A program made the position numbers and the translations under genes. Positions 1-14,198 of a stretch of 64,000 nt of DNA are shown one piece after another (the stretch's first letter is position 1; each line of letters begins with the position of its first letter). Under the pieces are notes generated by a model. That model searched no databases, was not told where the DNA came from, and saw nothing but the letters and a program-made list of their open reading frames with translations. The DNA lies in the NCBI GenBank assembly GCA_023213395.1, contig CM041465.1:222091741-222155740 (forward strand), given 5' to 3'. The DNA is from Cycas panzhihuaensis (taxonomy: Eukaryota; Plantae; Cycadophyta).

Positions 1-3000
1 TTATATGATACACAAGCTTACTACATAAGGAGAATTTTAGCAAATGGACATCCATAAGTAGGGCATTCTTAATAGGGCTCTCATAATTAAGAGAGATTTT
101 TATATTAAAATATTTCCATTATTTGTCTTTTTTATATAAAGAATCAAATTCTTGGGAGTAATAAGAATTTGTTACTTCTTATTATCATTATCTTTTATGC
201 AATTTTTTAGGATTAATCTTAACTCAGAATCAAGGTCAAAAAATAATTTGCCATGTATGTGTTATATCTCTTATTAGGGTTTACTTTGTTGAAAGATAAA
301 TTCTTTAGAGTAAAGGCAATGGTTTAATTTTCCTTTTGTATCATACTTGGCACAAATAAACATTAACATTGAATGAGTGAAATAAACACTTAAGTTACTT
401 CTTCGCACGTAAACTAGTACAAACACTTGTTGTGGCTACCCTTATTTGATACTTAAATTGGCACAAACATGTGATTTTTTGCTTTTTCATGCATGGGTAT
501 TATACATAATTATCGTTGTTCCTTTCAAGAGTGCATCAATGTTGACATTTAGTTTGACCTTTTTGTATGAAATTTCAAAGTCATAAGTTTGCATAACCTT
601 CTCTTTCCTATGTGAAGTAAAGGGTTTACCTTACATTATAGATGAGGCATGGTTGTTGCTCCGTCTATAGTGAAGTAATCAGGATCAAGGCTTGATCACC
701 ATCACTATGCCTCTTGTTCTATATTTAGATTCATCTACATCCATATTAAGTTTATCTAGATATTCCATTTACTTGAGATATTCTAGTTGATTCTCATTTC
801 TGGGTGGTTCGGTCGGGGAAAGCAAAGGGAGCATCTCGGTCAAATGGAGAGAGTAATTCTTCTCAATGAGCCGCCCTACCCAAACCTTTCAAGTAGAAAA
901 TTTCTTATTGTGCCAATCTAGGTGGGGGGACCCATATTCCCGCCCTTGCTTCCAATCAAGGGTTCTCTTGCCCTTATTCATTCTTGAAGGTTATCTCATA
1001 GTTTTACTTCGCGTAGCAAAGGGAAAGAAAAGGGGACCTCAGAAGTATGATTTGATGCCTTTCGTTGATTGTTTTCCATATCTTATTGATTTATTTTTGT
1101 TGTTTGATGGATAGTTATTTTTTATTTTAGAAGGCATTTGAGGTTATTGTGATATGTTTTGATTGCAAATTTGCTTATTAAAAGCTACTATCACCATTTA
1201 TATAGGGTGTGCATGATAGTTAGCATTTCTTTGTCATATGTTGAATGGAGTTGCTCTCTAGCATTTAGTTTCTTGTTCTCAAATGCAATAGGTTGGCCTT
1301 CCTATAATGATACAACCTTGACATTTATTTCAAGAGTGTCATACTCGAAGACAAAAGGCTTATGGAAATTTGAGGATGGTAGTATTGGTAATGTTGTCAT
1401 AATGTTCTTCAATTGATGGAAACATTCTTTTGCTTGTCCACTTCATTGGAAATAATATTTCTTTAAAAGGTTTGCAAGGATAGATTTTCATTGTGCATTG
1501 TTCTTTATAAAATGTTGATAATGACCTACGAGTTTCACAAATCCTCTAAACTTGGAGAAACACTAAGGTGTGGTTCACTTCAGAATAGGTTTAATCTTTA
1601 TTGTAATAACCTTAACTTCTCTGCTACAGATAATATGATGTTAAGTATTGAACCTCTTCCTTTGTGAAATTGCACTTAAAGCATTTCACATGCAAGTTAT
1701 TTTTTTGTAATAGGTTTAAGATCTTGATATGGATAATATGCTCTTTCCATGCTTTATTATATATTAGAATACCATCGAAAAACAAATATGACTTCATATA
1801 AGAATAATGCCAATATTTTATTTATCATAATTTGGAATGTTGTTGAGGCATTTGCGTGATTAAAAAGCATCAATTTGAACTCATAATAACCATGGTAAGT
1901 AAGGAAGGTCATTTTTGGTGCATCTTCATCTTTGATCTCGATTTTGTAATAACAGGAATGGAGATTGATTTTTCTAAAATGTTTTGTTCCATGTAATTTG
2001 TCTAACAATTCATCAAGCATAGAAAATGGTAAGTAATTATTTATTATGGTCTCGTTGAGAGTACAATAATCGATATGCATAATAATTCATTTTTTTCATA
2101 ATCAACACTACAGACACTATAAAAGGGACTCTTATTAGGTACTATTGCTTTATTATCCAATAGTTCTTATATTATACTTTCTATTTCATTCTTGTAATGA
2201 TGTGAATGCTTATAAAGGTTTGATTACTATTCGATTAGTTCCTTACTTCAACTTAATCGTGTGTTCTATTCTATGAGATGGTGATAATCCTAATGGAAGC
2301 TCCTAAAAACCTTTTTTATATTTATTGATTATTTATTACACTTGTGAACTATATCCTTGGCAACTTCTTTTATTTTTGCTTGTAGTGTAAATAATTGACC
2401 TACAAATCAAGTGTGTCCTTTGCTCATGAGCTTATAGTGTTATGACACAATCTTTGTTTCGATTAGCCCTTGGCCTTATAGTATGGCTTGTCTTGTAATA
2501 ATATCTCATGAAAAGCTCATCTAGTTTCATTTCAAAGGTTTCTAGTGTCTACAACTATTAGCATCTTAAGACTGTTTCTACTTTGCCTACTTCTATGACA
2601 TAAACATTTTCACTTGATGTTTATCTCCTATTTCAAATTTTTAGCTTTTCAACTTACTTTGGCCTAAAATTTCTTATCAATTGTTAACTTGCATTTAGAA
2701 TTTAAAAATCCTTATTGGGAACAATTTTAGTCATTGTGTTGTAAATTGATCTATGAAGTTATAAGTGCTCCCTAGGATGATTAAAATCATTATTGGTTCT
2801 TTTTGATGTATCTTCATAATTTGAATGTCTCAGGTCTTGACAGACCTAATAGTGTTGAGAATAACATTTACGAGATGTGTTCCTCTATATTTTAGATTTC
2901 TTATGAGGATTTTGATTCTAATTCAAGTTTGTTATTTTCTTGTCCTCTATTAGTTCCAGTTTGATTGTGTAGAGTTGATTTCTAGTACATTTATAGGTGA

Positions 3001-4150
3001 GTCTCTACCCTTTTCCACATCCGAATTAACGGCCTTTTCTTTTGAGTTCTTTTTGTTTTATCCTAGATTGTTCTAATGTTGATTTCTTGAGATTGAGATT
3101 TTTAGTTATCTATTTGTTTGATCTCTTAGTGTCAAAGGATTTGCCTTCGTATTCTCATATAAATTTAGGAATATATATATTTTACCTAGCTTTATATAAG
3201 GTGTTGACCTCCTTTTTAATCTTGCAAACTAAACTTCTAACTTTGTTTAGATATTGTAGATTAACAATTTAGACATCTAGTTGGACATCTACAAAAAGAC
3301 CATTAGTGTATAATTGAATTGGTGAGTCCTTCGAGACATCATCATCTACATATACTAATCTAATAAAGGTCTTATTGTATTCTTCTACGAATCCTTTTTG
3401 CCTTAATCTACTTAACTCACAATAATAATCTATGTTTGATCTGACTTCTAACCTCTCTGTGTGTAACCTCACTCACTCTTATGGTGGACATTGATTTGTA
3501 AACTTAGTCCTCTCTAGGTTATGCTATCAATTACATGTGATGACATTTATGTGTAGGTCGGGAAGATGGACCTTCTATCCTTAGTTTCTACTAATTGAGA
3601 GTATTGCTCTACATGTTGAATCTATACTCTAGTTCGTAGGAATTTTACTTCTTATTGAAGCATTGAATTATTATTTTTTTGAATTTCCTTTTCCTATGTG
3701 TTTAGATAGGTTATACGTAATTAAAGTAATAATTAAATGGAATTACCTTTTGGTCATTTATAGAGAGGCTTTTGTAGTAATTTAGGTATCTCCTTATTGG
3801 TCCATTCATGTATTTAGAATGGGATTGTTGGGTTTCTTCGGTATTATACCCTTAATTAGTTTTGATTATAGTACTTTCTTTCTATTTCTTGGTTATTATT
3901 CAATTTAAAATTCTTGTCATGTTTTTGTGGTTTACTATTAGCATGATTCCCTCCCCTTGGTGTGTACTTCCAATATCCTTCTGTTGATGTAAGACATTTG
4001 ACATTAATTGTACTTATTTTAACTTCTCTAGCATTATGTCATGTAGTCTTGTAACATTATGTAAGATATTTTGGAGATGTTGACCCTCATATGGGCATCC
4101 ATTTCTATGACTTCGTGTATCCATTCCATGTTCGTAGGTGTCATATAAAT
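1..4150 (-). mobile_element. Decayed Ty3/Gypsy (chromovirus-like) gag-pol remnant; runs off the left edge, right boundary approximate
   Basis: ORF 1757-2080(-) reads HGTKHFRKINLHSCYYKIEIKDEDAPKMTFLTYHGYYEFKLMLF, matching the Gypsy RT motif GAKYFSKIDLRSGYHQIRI..TAFRTHHGHYEFLVMPF. ORF 3269-3472(-) ELSRLRQKGFVEEY resembles retrotransposon gag. Domain order on the minus strand is consistent. LTRs were not resolved. Confidence 0.8.
1757..2080 (-). pseudogene. Gypsy reverse transcriptase fragment
   Basis: RT motifs as above, with stops and frameshifts on both sides. Confidence 0.85.
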
Positions 4151-4346
4151 TATAGAATATGAGTGTTGAAACCTATGTGTGGGGGTAGGACAGACAAATC
4201 AAAACTTTGCAAGCAACCTTAGGGCATGAGAGGGTTATGCAAAGGCGAGTGTGAATCAAACATCTCCCACAAGGTGCTCGTATGTCGTGTGGATGTGGGT
4301 GTGAGGCTAAGGACAACTATTTATAGGTTAGTAGGGAGTTTAAGGG

Positions 4347-4647
4347 AAGCCTCATGGGGCTGGGTGGATTGGTAAGTTGTGGCGATTACCAAGGCGAGAC
4401 CCAGGTTCAAAACCCATGAGTGCAAGTCACTTCACAGGGAAGTAGTCCGACCGTCCATTGCCGCAAAGATAGTAGTCCGACCAAAGTCCGTTGAGTGTGT
4501 GCCGGTATGCGATGGCGGTATGAACTCAAGCGTGCTTGATACAAAGGCGGTACAAAAACCTGGATCCCGGGGGTCCCCCTTACTTCGGAACTTTGTACCA
4601 AGGGTGGCTAGAGGTTCTCCTCTAGATATCAAAAAAAAAAAAAAAAA
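4347..4647 (+). mobile_element. tRNA-derived SINE
   Basis: Perfect direct repeat AGTAGGGAGTTTAAGGG at 4330-4346 and 4647-4663, and an A-tail at 4631-4647. A-box-like TGGGTGGATTGG at 4361-4372 and B-box GGTTCAAAACC at 4404-4414. CTCATGGG (4351-4358) is complementary to CCCATGAG (4413-4420). Confidence 0.9.
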
Positions 4648-5615
4648 GTAGGGAGTTTAAGGGCAATGCATTTACGTGCATGTGCCTAATGTGCAACCCA
4701 AGCTATTGTGAACTTGCAATGAGTAAATTAACAAGTGTAAAAAAAGTTAATACAATTACATGAAACTTTTTGTTGAGTACACCTAGCAAATAGTGCTAAC
4801 TAGCACATGCACTATAACCTCATGAGTTTGAAAACTTGCAACTATGCGGTTCCTTCCTTTGTTCGGGTTTTTAAACGAAGTATGCAAAACTTATTGTAAA
4901 ATGTATTGGTGCGATGCAATGCGCATAAAAAGGAAATGGGGTTGCTTTTTTTCGGGGGGGGGGGAGGGTGGGGGGGAGGTTTTAAGGTTTTTTCCTCTTT
5001 TTGTCTTTTTATATTTTAAGGAGAAAAATATAGAAGACAATAAAAAAAAAGGAAAATTTTTTTCTTTTTCTCTTTTCTCTTTCTTTCCTTTTTTTTTTTT
5101 GTTTTAAAAGAGAAGAGGGAAGAAACTAAATAAAAAGAAAAACCTTTTCTCTTTTTCTGTCTTTTGCTTTTACCTTTTTGAAGGGAAAAGGGGGAGTGAG
5201 GTAAAGAGGGGCCTAGCCAAGCTCCTTTTTACTCTTCCTCATTAGTTTAGCTCTTCTCTTTTCTTTTTCTTTTTAAAAAAATTAACTAAGAGGGGAAGGG
5301 AGGAGACATACGTGGAATCAATATGGTGTGCTCCTTCGATGTTGCCCTCTTTTAGTGTAACTCAAGATGTGGCTTAAGTAGGGAGGGATATTTGCTAATA
5401 TAAAACTTTTAAAGATAATCTGATAAAATTTATGCTTCCCAAATGGACTTATGATGAAAAAAAATGTTTTCATAAACAACTCAAAAATGAGGAAAAATGA
5501 ATATAAACATGTGGGTTGAACTTATCTCTTGTATATCCTCACCTTGAAGAGTTGATATAGTGGGCGACTTCAAGGTCGGGTCAATGGAAGAGTGACTTAG
5601 TGATCTCCTAATGCT

Positions 5616-5759
5616 TACAACAAAGTAAGTGGTACATTTACAAGATAGCCATTAACAACTAAGTAATACCATATCCATGCGATATCTCTTATAAAAAACT
5701 GATGACAAATAAGCAAGAAGATATACAAGTCAACTTGGTAGTGGGAAGGAAAATGGACT
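5616..5759 (-). mobile_element. Distal piece of the 3' LTR of Tat-like Gypsy X1, split off by Copia A
   Basis: Aligns with 47701-47845 (ACAAAGTAAGTGG...GTGGGA.GGAAAATGGA); the alignment continues at 21274. The exact outer end is uncertain. Confidence 0.75.
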
Positions 5760-6116
5760 ATTGAAGTCCCTCTTTTCTTCACATACAGGTTCGAGTCGAG
5801 TTTTGAAATTTTGAAACTTTCAGCTTTTAACTTAGCATCCATCTTTTCATACCAAGCATGAGGTGCTTGTTTGAGGCCATAGATTGACTTCTTCAAACGG
5901 TAAACAAATGCTCTTGGCTATTCTTCATGAATTCCAGAGGTTGCGACATATAAATATCCTCCTTTAGATCTCCATTAAAGAATACAAACTTGATGTCCAT
6001 CTGGTGTAACTCCCAACCATAAGCAACTGTTAAGGAAATGAGCAATCAGACCATTGTCATTCTGGAGACTGGTGCAAACGTCTTCTCATAGTCAATTCCT
6101 TCTTTTTGCTTGGATC

Positions 6117-6470
6117 TGTTGGGATAACCCCTAATGCGCACAAGGAGTTATGCACCTACGACCCCTCAAAGCCACCTTTGAGGCTCCTTAGGACACTTAG
6201 AGCCGCGTATCAATCACCTAGAGCCACTAAAACCGATGCAACATCCTTAAGGCATGTGTTACATTTATTAATTGTAATTTTTAATATTATTTTGAATTAT
6301 TTTGGTTGACGCGTAGGTTGGGTTGAGGCACTTGCCGCCTCCCCAAATCTCTATAAATGAGGTGGGAATACCTCCCTGGTGTTTTATAACACCTCCACTG
6401 ATTCAGACATCATTGTTAACTCAAGATGTACTCACCGTTGTAATCCCGCTTTGCTCCTCTACAACCTTCA
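6117..6470 (+). repeat. Copia B 5' LTR
   Basis: TGTT...TTCA ends, TATA-like CTATAAAT near 6351, about 85% identical to 14199-14542 by eye. Confidence 0.93.
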
Positions 6471-6472
6471 TT

Positions 6473-6484
6473 TGGTATCAGAGT
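6473..6484 (+). promoter_or_regulatory. Primer-binding site (tRNA-iMet type) of Copia B
   Basis: TGGTATCAGAGT two bases after the LTR end. Confidence 0.9.
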
Positions 6485-9400
6485 GACCTGGTTGGCAGTT
6501 GGTGTGCAATCATTTGACTTCTGAAAAGATTATGTGATTCACGACTCGATTAAATTGGTATGTGAATAATATCATGTTTTATATTAAGGTTCAACTTTAT
6601 AAATCATTGTTTATACATTTGATTTTTCATTTATATTTTTTCATACGATTACCCGCGCCATTCAATCGATTTCAATCGGTTCCAACTTCTCAGTCTTTGA
6701 TCAAAACTATTTCATATGATTGCTCATTGTAATTAGAATCGAAACCTCTAGCTAGTGGTGAAAGTCGTTCATGATTTTATTGCATATACTGAGGGAAATC
6801 TCTCTCTAAATCTCAACATCCTATTTAGAACCCGTTTCAGTCAACGACTTTGTTCTCACTCTACAAAACTCTGTTTGGCACAAAACTTTACTGGTGCCTA
6901 TTTATCTTGGATATCTTACCTTCTCTAAAATTTGGTGTCAATCTGTCGCTTTTGCAGGGAGATCTGACCACCTGAGTTGCCTCAGCTCAATTTTTTCATG
7001 TTTTTCAACATTTTTTCTTTGATTTATACAAATAATTTTGAATTTTTTTTGGAATCGGGTCTACCCTGCTTGGGCACCCCCCTGTATAGCCATTTTGGCT
7101 CAGATCTGAGACCGAACAAAGTCATTTAGTCTTTGTTTATCCTCTTGTGCTCATTGTGCTTTCGCCGTGTGCCCGTTGTTCTCGTTTTTTCATATAATAT
7201 ACATATTTTTAATCATTTTTTCTGATTGTTTTCTAGCCCAATCCATTTGGTGGATTAGCTTTCCCCTTGCTGCATCTCAATTCATGAGGTGGATTGATTG
7301 TTTCAATCGATCTTTTGACCTTGGTTAACCTCCAGAGTTGGCGTTCGTGTTTTGACGATTTTTGTTTTAATCGATTAATAATACTTTGCGTTATATTATT
7401 ATTAAAGTTTATAAAAAATTTAATCATTTTTAATTACATTTGAAATCCTTTTGTTAAGGCGATAAGCCCCCTTAAGGCCTCAGCCCCCGGTCCTATGATT
7501 TCCATGTGACCTCAAGCATTAAGAAAAATGGGCCAAACAACTTTATAAATTTTTTTTTCTTTTCTTTTATTTATTTATTTTCTTCTAAAGGGTAATTGAC
7601 ACAATTTTAGTTCTAGCTTCTCGCTGGAGTACCAGTTTTTTATGAAACTAATTTTGTTGCAACCATAATTTTGAGAGCTACACTGTAGACTGGTCATTTT
7701 CCATTTTTGGATCAGGTTTGATTAGTTTTTAATGATCTAAAGTCACATCATTTTTAGGTTCTGGTTTATTAAATATAAAGAGGTCACTTTACTATTTTTG
7801 CTATATCTTCCTTATTTGGAATCCATTTTCTGATCTGTCAACTTTTTTCAGAAAGCTGACTCAATTCTCTTTGTATTGATATAATCTCTTAAGTGTTTTG
7901 AAGTCTTTTTGCAGTTGCTACAAGTTGTTGAAGTTAAAATATTGTATCAAGTCTAACTACTCACTAATCAAGATTTTTTGGAAGTTTTTCTTCAAGTTTC
8001 TTTTGAAATAAATCAGATTTAAAGGTCTTCTATCTATAAGTGAACTCTTTTTATACATTTTATAAGGTCATATTTTGTTTTTATAATATTTTTATCTTGT
8101 AGCACCATTTCAAGCCTATAAAGGGGTCCTTGAACTTATTGATTAAAATCTTGAGCTACAGAAGTTAGATTTCTGAACGATCAATTCCATTGGAAAGTTA
8201 ATTTGATATTCTTTGATTTAAGATAGATTTCATTCAATTTTGAGTTCATTTAGCAGGTTTTTAAAGTAACTTATTTTTAGCTCCTTATTCAGTCATTATC
8301 GATATCATTTTATAACTTTTTATACATTATATGATCTTAAAAGGTTACAACTGATTTATTGATTGCTAACAACTCATTCTTGAAGCTTTTAGCATCTCTT
8401 GTTTGCATTTTCAAGTTCCTTTTTAAAGCAAGAAACTAGTTCTTTAAGACTTCAAGTTAAGAGGAGCTATTCAATCAAGCGAGTACTTCTTTACATTCTA
8501 GTTGTTCATTTTCTATAAGAACTTATCTTTTTTCAAGCATTTCTACCATCAAAAGTAAAATTTCATTTCAGTTTCTTATTCTTTGCTATTTTTCAAGGAA
8601 TTGCTACTCATTTTTGCATTAAAAAATGCCATTTTTTTTACTTAAACCACTCTTTATTTTTAAAAATTCAAGTTTAGTTAAAGAATCTTATTGATCTTCT
8701 ATATTTTTTCATCATTAAGGGCAATTTTATTTCAAATGTGCATGGTTAAAAGGCTTATTTGATTTGCAAGAAATGTTATACCTAGTTTGCTTATAAACTT
8801 ATAAAGGATTTTTTTAATCATTTGTTTATCTTATTACAAAGTAGTTTTTGAAATAATTTTCATACATCTTAAATTTCATTGGTTCATTAGTCAAAGAAGC
8901 TTTCTTAGTATTCTAAAGTCATATTTTTTAAAAGCTTGAGAAGTACATAGCAAAGGCATAATTATAAGTCCTTTCTTGTCAATTTTATGCATCAAAAGTT
9001 CACTTAATATTCTTGATTTAAGGGCATTTAAATATTGAAAAATTCATTGATTTATTGCTTCACTTATAGAAAATGCATATAGTTTTTTGTGTAATTTATT
9101 GTCAAAAAACATTTCAATTTGAAAGACATTGGCTTGCATATTGGCATTCCCTTTTGGTTTATTAAGAAAGGTTATTGATTGAATATTTCTTTTCAACAGT
9201 TTATTATATCATTTGTTCATTCTTGCTTAGTGGATATTATTCTTCTTTTAAGTTATTTCTTTTTATATAAAAGGAAAATTTTAAAACCCTAAGCAAGACC
9301 ACAACATTGATTAATTTATTTTTACATTAAAAAGATAAATATCGAATTGAACTACCTCTATTTTCTAGCCTTACAAGGACCCCTTAAGTTACCACCTCGC

Positions 9401-9960
9401 ACACGCTAATTTGCCTACTCATATTGGATAAGTATAACCATTAACTATCAGGTGTATTCAATAGTAGGCTGAGGTGCGAAACCTTTTTTTATTTGGTGTT
9501 TGGAGACCAAGGCTAGACTTAGAGAGGGTGAGTGCCTTGGTTCGAGCAATCTTCATCGCTAGATCTGTTGCTAGGCATAAGTCTGGCACAAGTGGGTCCA
9601 CAATTCAGAGGGGTGTAAAAGCCTTCTTAACAGCCTATGTATTGAGATATATCGAGCCTAGAGATCATGTACTAGTATATTAGGTCCCTGTTTTGCCATT
9701 TGTGGGCAGGTACGACTAAACAAGTTAGCAATCGAAGGTTTTCCTACGAGAACCCTAAATTTAGAGCCTAATAGCCTTATTAGGTACTAGTTCATTTTTT
9801 TAAAACTTTAGGTAAAACTTAGATTATTTAAACTTAGTGCGAATTTCAAACTCAAAACCTTTTCAAACTTTAAATTTAAATCTTTTTTGAAATTCAAATT
9901 TGACTTTTGTAAACTTAATCATTATTTGTCACCCTTGTTCAACAAAAACCTTAGTTCAAT

Positions 9961-12900
9961 ATGGCTTCCAGTTTTGGCAACATGATCATTCCTAAATTTG
10001 ATAGAAATAATTTCTTAAATTAGAGTAGGAGGATGAGACCCATCCTCATAGCTAATGAAATATAGAAAATTGTGAAGATATGATACAATAAACTAGGTCA
10101 AAATCCATCTGATGTGAAAAAAGCCACCTACAAAGAAAATGTTAAGAAGGATAATGAAATCTTGGCACTTATCTTTTGTGCACTTAAAGATCATGTATTC
10201 CCATATGTTAGTGAGTTCGTTAAGTCAAAGGAAGCTTGAGATACCCTATAGTTAATATGTGAAGGAACAACCTCTTCCAAACTTCAGAATCTTAGAAGCA
10301 AGTTTGAAAACTTGTACATGTTGCCCACTGAATCTGTAACAGAGTTTATGACAAAAGTATAAGACATAGTGAACCAAATGAGGTTTCTTAAAGATACCTA
10401 ATAAAATAAAGGGTCGTTGAATGGATCCTTGGATGTGTTAGTATGGTTAAACGCTTTGAAATGGTTGCCACTAGTATAAATATTTCAAAAGATTTAAGCA
10501 CATTAAAAGTGGAATAGCTTAGTGCTATACTTATATCCATACAGAAACAACAAAGTGCCAATGACTCTCCAGAACATGCATTTGCCACAAAGACTCATAT
10601 TCAATCCAACTCTCAAGCAGAAACTTCAAGGCCTAAAGAATCACCTCTAAGAAGAAGGTTTGGGAACCCTAAAAGGGATACTAGGCAAGATCCTTCAAGA
10701 TATCAAGCCCATCATCAAAGGAAGTAAGGAGGACAACAACAGAATGAGAACCCTCCAAGGTATACAAACCAAATGAGATAGTTTGGGGGTCATACTTGTT
10801 ATCCCAATTGTCAAGGAAACCCTTAATCTTCAAGGTCCAATTAATAATATTATGACAGTAGTCCAAGAGACAACCTTCCCCAACATTATGAGGAAAAAGG
10901 GAGATCTTTTAATATTGATCGATCTCATCCAAGAAGCATGAGCTTAAGCTATGGAAGGAGAGATCCACTATATTGTACATATTGTCATAGAAGTGGCTAT
11001 ACTGAAGATAAATGTTTCTAAAAATATGGACCACCTATTAGAGGGCATGCCCATAATACATCTCAGTTAAAGGACAATAATAAGCTATTTCTATCTAGTT
11101 TCACTGCTAAGGAGGAAGAAGATGATAGTTGGTACATCGATTCATGATGCTTAACTTATATGACCCACAAAGAATATTTGTTTTATACTTTGGACAAAAA
11201 CATAAAGGGATCTTCTATGTTTGGAGATAATACCTCCCATGAATTAGTTGGAAGAAGTGATATAGCCTTGATGATGGATATAAGAGAATATAAACATTTA
11301 GATGATGTCTTGTATGTCCCAACTCTAAGGAAAAACTTGCTATCAGTAGGGCAGATGATGGGACAAGACAATAAAGTGATTTTTAACAATGGTGAGTGTG
11401 TTATAAAAGACAAAAGGAGAAATAAAGCTATCGTTGCCAAAGGGAAAATGACTAAGGATCGTCTATTCAAACTTATATTTACTCCTTTAGACACATATGC
11501 CCTATGAACTTTAACCAACTTGGATAATGACTTGTGGCATAGAAGGTTTGGCCATCTCAACTATAATAGTTTGGCTCTTATGAAACATATGGACATGGTC
11601 AATGGTTTACTACATATTGATGTAAATAAAAACTTATATGAAGGGTGTCTTCTTGGTAAACACCATAGAGCAAGCTTTCCAGATTATAGTTATCAAGCAC
11701 CAGGTCCTCTCCAATTGGTGTACATAGATATTTGTGGGTCTATGAACACTCTTTCACTAGCAGGTATAAAATACTTCATCACTTTCATCAATGACTTCAC
11801 AAGAAAGACGTGCATTCTTCCTCAAGTATAAATTAGATGCCTTCGAACACTTTGTTGACTTCAAAACCTTTATGGAGTGACAAGGTGGATATAAACTTCT
11901 ATCCCTAAGATTGGATAATGGGAAAGAGTTTACCTCCAATACATTTAAAGACTATTGTGTACACTAGGGAATCAGAAAACAGTTCACTAACCCCTACACC
12001 CCACAATAAAACGGTGTAGCAGAGAGAAAGAATTACACTATAATCGAAATGGTAAGGTGTATGCTTAAAGACAAGAATCTAGGCCATGAGTTTTGGGCTG
12101 AAGCAGTTCACACAACTGTTTATTTACTCAACAGATGCTCCACCAAAGCCCTTAGGTGGAAAACTCCAAAAGAAGCTTGGACTAGTTACAAACTAAGCAT
12201 ACATCATCTTAGAGTATTTGGATGTCTTGCCTATGCTCATGTACCTAATCAAAGAAGATCAAAATTGGATGGTTATAGCATCAAATGTATATTTCTTGGC
12301 TATAGTGAAACTTCCAAGTCATATAAGGTATATGATCCTAAATCAAGAAAAGTTATGTTAAGCGGGGATGTTAAGTTTTAGGAAGATACTGACTATAAAG
12401 ACAATCAGAAATAGAAAAAGGAGATTGCGATAAAGTTTGATTCATCTTCTAAAACCAAATATGTGCCTCCTATGTTTGATTCTAGGAGAAGTATCAATGA
12501 ACTTAGTGGGGAGGGAACTTCATTTCAACCTCCACCACAACACCTACCTAAATGGGTTCATTAAAATCATGACTTGGACAACATCTTAGATAATAATCGA
12601 AGATCCACATACTTACATAGGGTTAACTTTACCCTAATGAGTAAGGTATTAGAGATTTATGAGCCTCAAACCTTTGCTGAGGCTAATCGATATGAATGTT
12701 GGCAAAAAGCTATGGAAGATGAATACAACTTCATTGTTAGGAATGACACATGGGAGCTAGTTGATTTACCCCCAAAGAAGAAGATTATTAGTATAAAATG
12801 GGTCTATAAGACCAAGTTTCGCTCAGATGGCTCTATCAACAAGTATAAGACTAGATTGGTTGCAAAAGGGTATGCTAAAAAGAAGGCATAGACTATACTA

Positions 12901-14170
12901 AAACTTTTTCCCTTGTTACTCGGATGGAATCCGTGAGAATGATGATGAGTCTAGCAGCTCAAATGGGTTGGAAAGTTTATTAAATGGATGTCAAAAGTGC
13001 CTTCCTAAATGGCTATATTAAAGAAGATATCTATGTCACTCAACCCCTTAGTTTTAAAGTTAAGGGGGAAGAGAACAAAGTGTATAAACTAAAAAAGGCA
13101 TTATATGGTCTAAAACAAGCACCCAGGACTTGGTATTCTTGCATAGATGAGTATTTCAGAGATCAAAAGTTTGAAAGATTTTAAGAAGATCCTAATTTGT
13201 ATATCCAAATTAAGGGAAGTTCAATCATAATTGTAGGTATTTATGTGGATGACCTTGTATATACTGGAAATGACTCTCATCTCTCGTATCAATTCAAAGA
13301 AGCCATGTATAAAGAATTTGAGATGACAGATTTAGGTCTTATGCATTACTTCCTAGGATTGGAAGTTTGGAAAGACAAGAAGGGAATTTTCATCTCCCAA
13401 TGTAAATACACCTTAGATCTACTACAAAGGCTCAGAATGACAGACTGCAAACCATTGGTAACCTTAGATGAAACAGGAATCAAACTCTCTAAGATGGATG
13501 ACTCTACCTCGATTGATCAAATACTTTATAGATAGCTTATTGACAGTTTAATATATTTGACATCTACTTAACTAGATATAGCACACTTAATTAATGTTGT
13601 ATCTAAGTTCATGCAAGATCCAAAGACCTCTCACTAGCAAGCAACTAAGAGAATCCTTAGATATCTCAAAGGAAATCCAGATTTTGGGCTATACTACAAA
13701 GCTTCCTCCAAATTTTAGTTAGTTGGCTATACAGATTTATATTGGGTAGGAAATGATGATAGAAAATCTATAATGGGCTATATATTCAGTATGGGATCAA
13801 CAATAATAGCATGGAGCACAAAGAAGTAGAATATAATTTTCTTGTCCACAACTGAGGCAGAATATAAATCAGCAGTAGAAGGTGCATGTGAGTCAGTTTG
13901 GTTGAGAAGGCTATTATAGGATTTCTAGATTAAACAATAAGGTTCCACTAGAATTTGGTACGAAAATCAAAGCACCATCCCAATGGCAAAGAATTCAATC
14001 TTCCATGGTAGAACAAAATACATCAAGACTCAACACCATTTTATTTAGGAATTAGTGCAAGCAGAAGAAATCGAGTTAACCTATTGTAGCACTGAAGATT
14101 AGATAGTAGACATATTTACAAAGACTTTGGAAAAAATCAAATTCTAGAAATTCAGAGAAAGTTTGAGAGT
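9961..14170 (+). pseudogene. Copia B gag-pol pseudogene (gag, protease, integrase, RT, RNase H)
   Basis: ATG at 9961 (MASSFGNMIIPKFD). ORF fragments contain [56 protein letters not shown] and YVDDL, with many stops. Confidence 0.92.
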
Positions 14171-14198
14171 CATTCACATTGGATATTATGGAGGAGAA

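Noticed and set aside
4351-4425. Possible tRNA gene
   Set aside because: No convincing full cloverleaf; it is the head of a TSD-flanked, A-tailed SINE.
4379-4651. Three overlapping ORFs of 64-90 aa
   Set aside because: Chance ORFs in the GC-richer SINE body; one ends in the A-tail.
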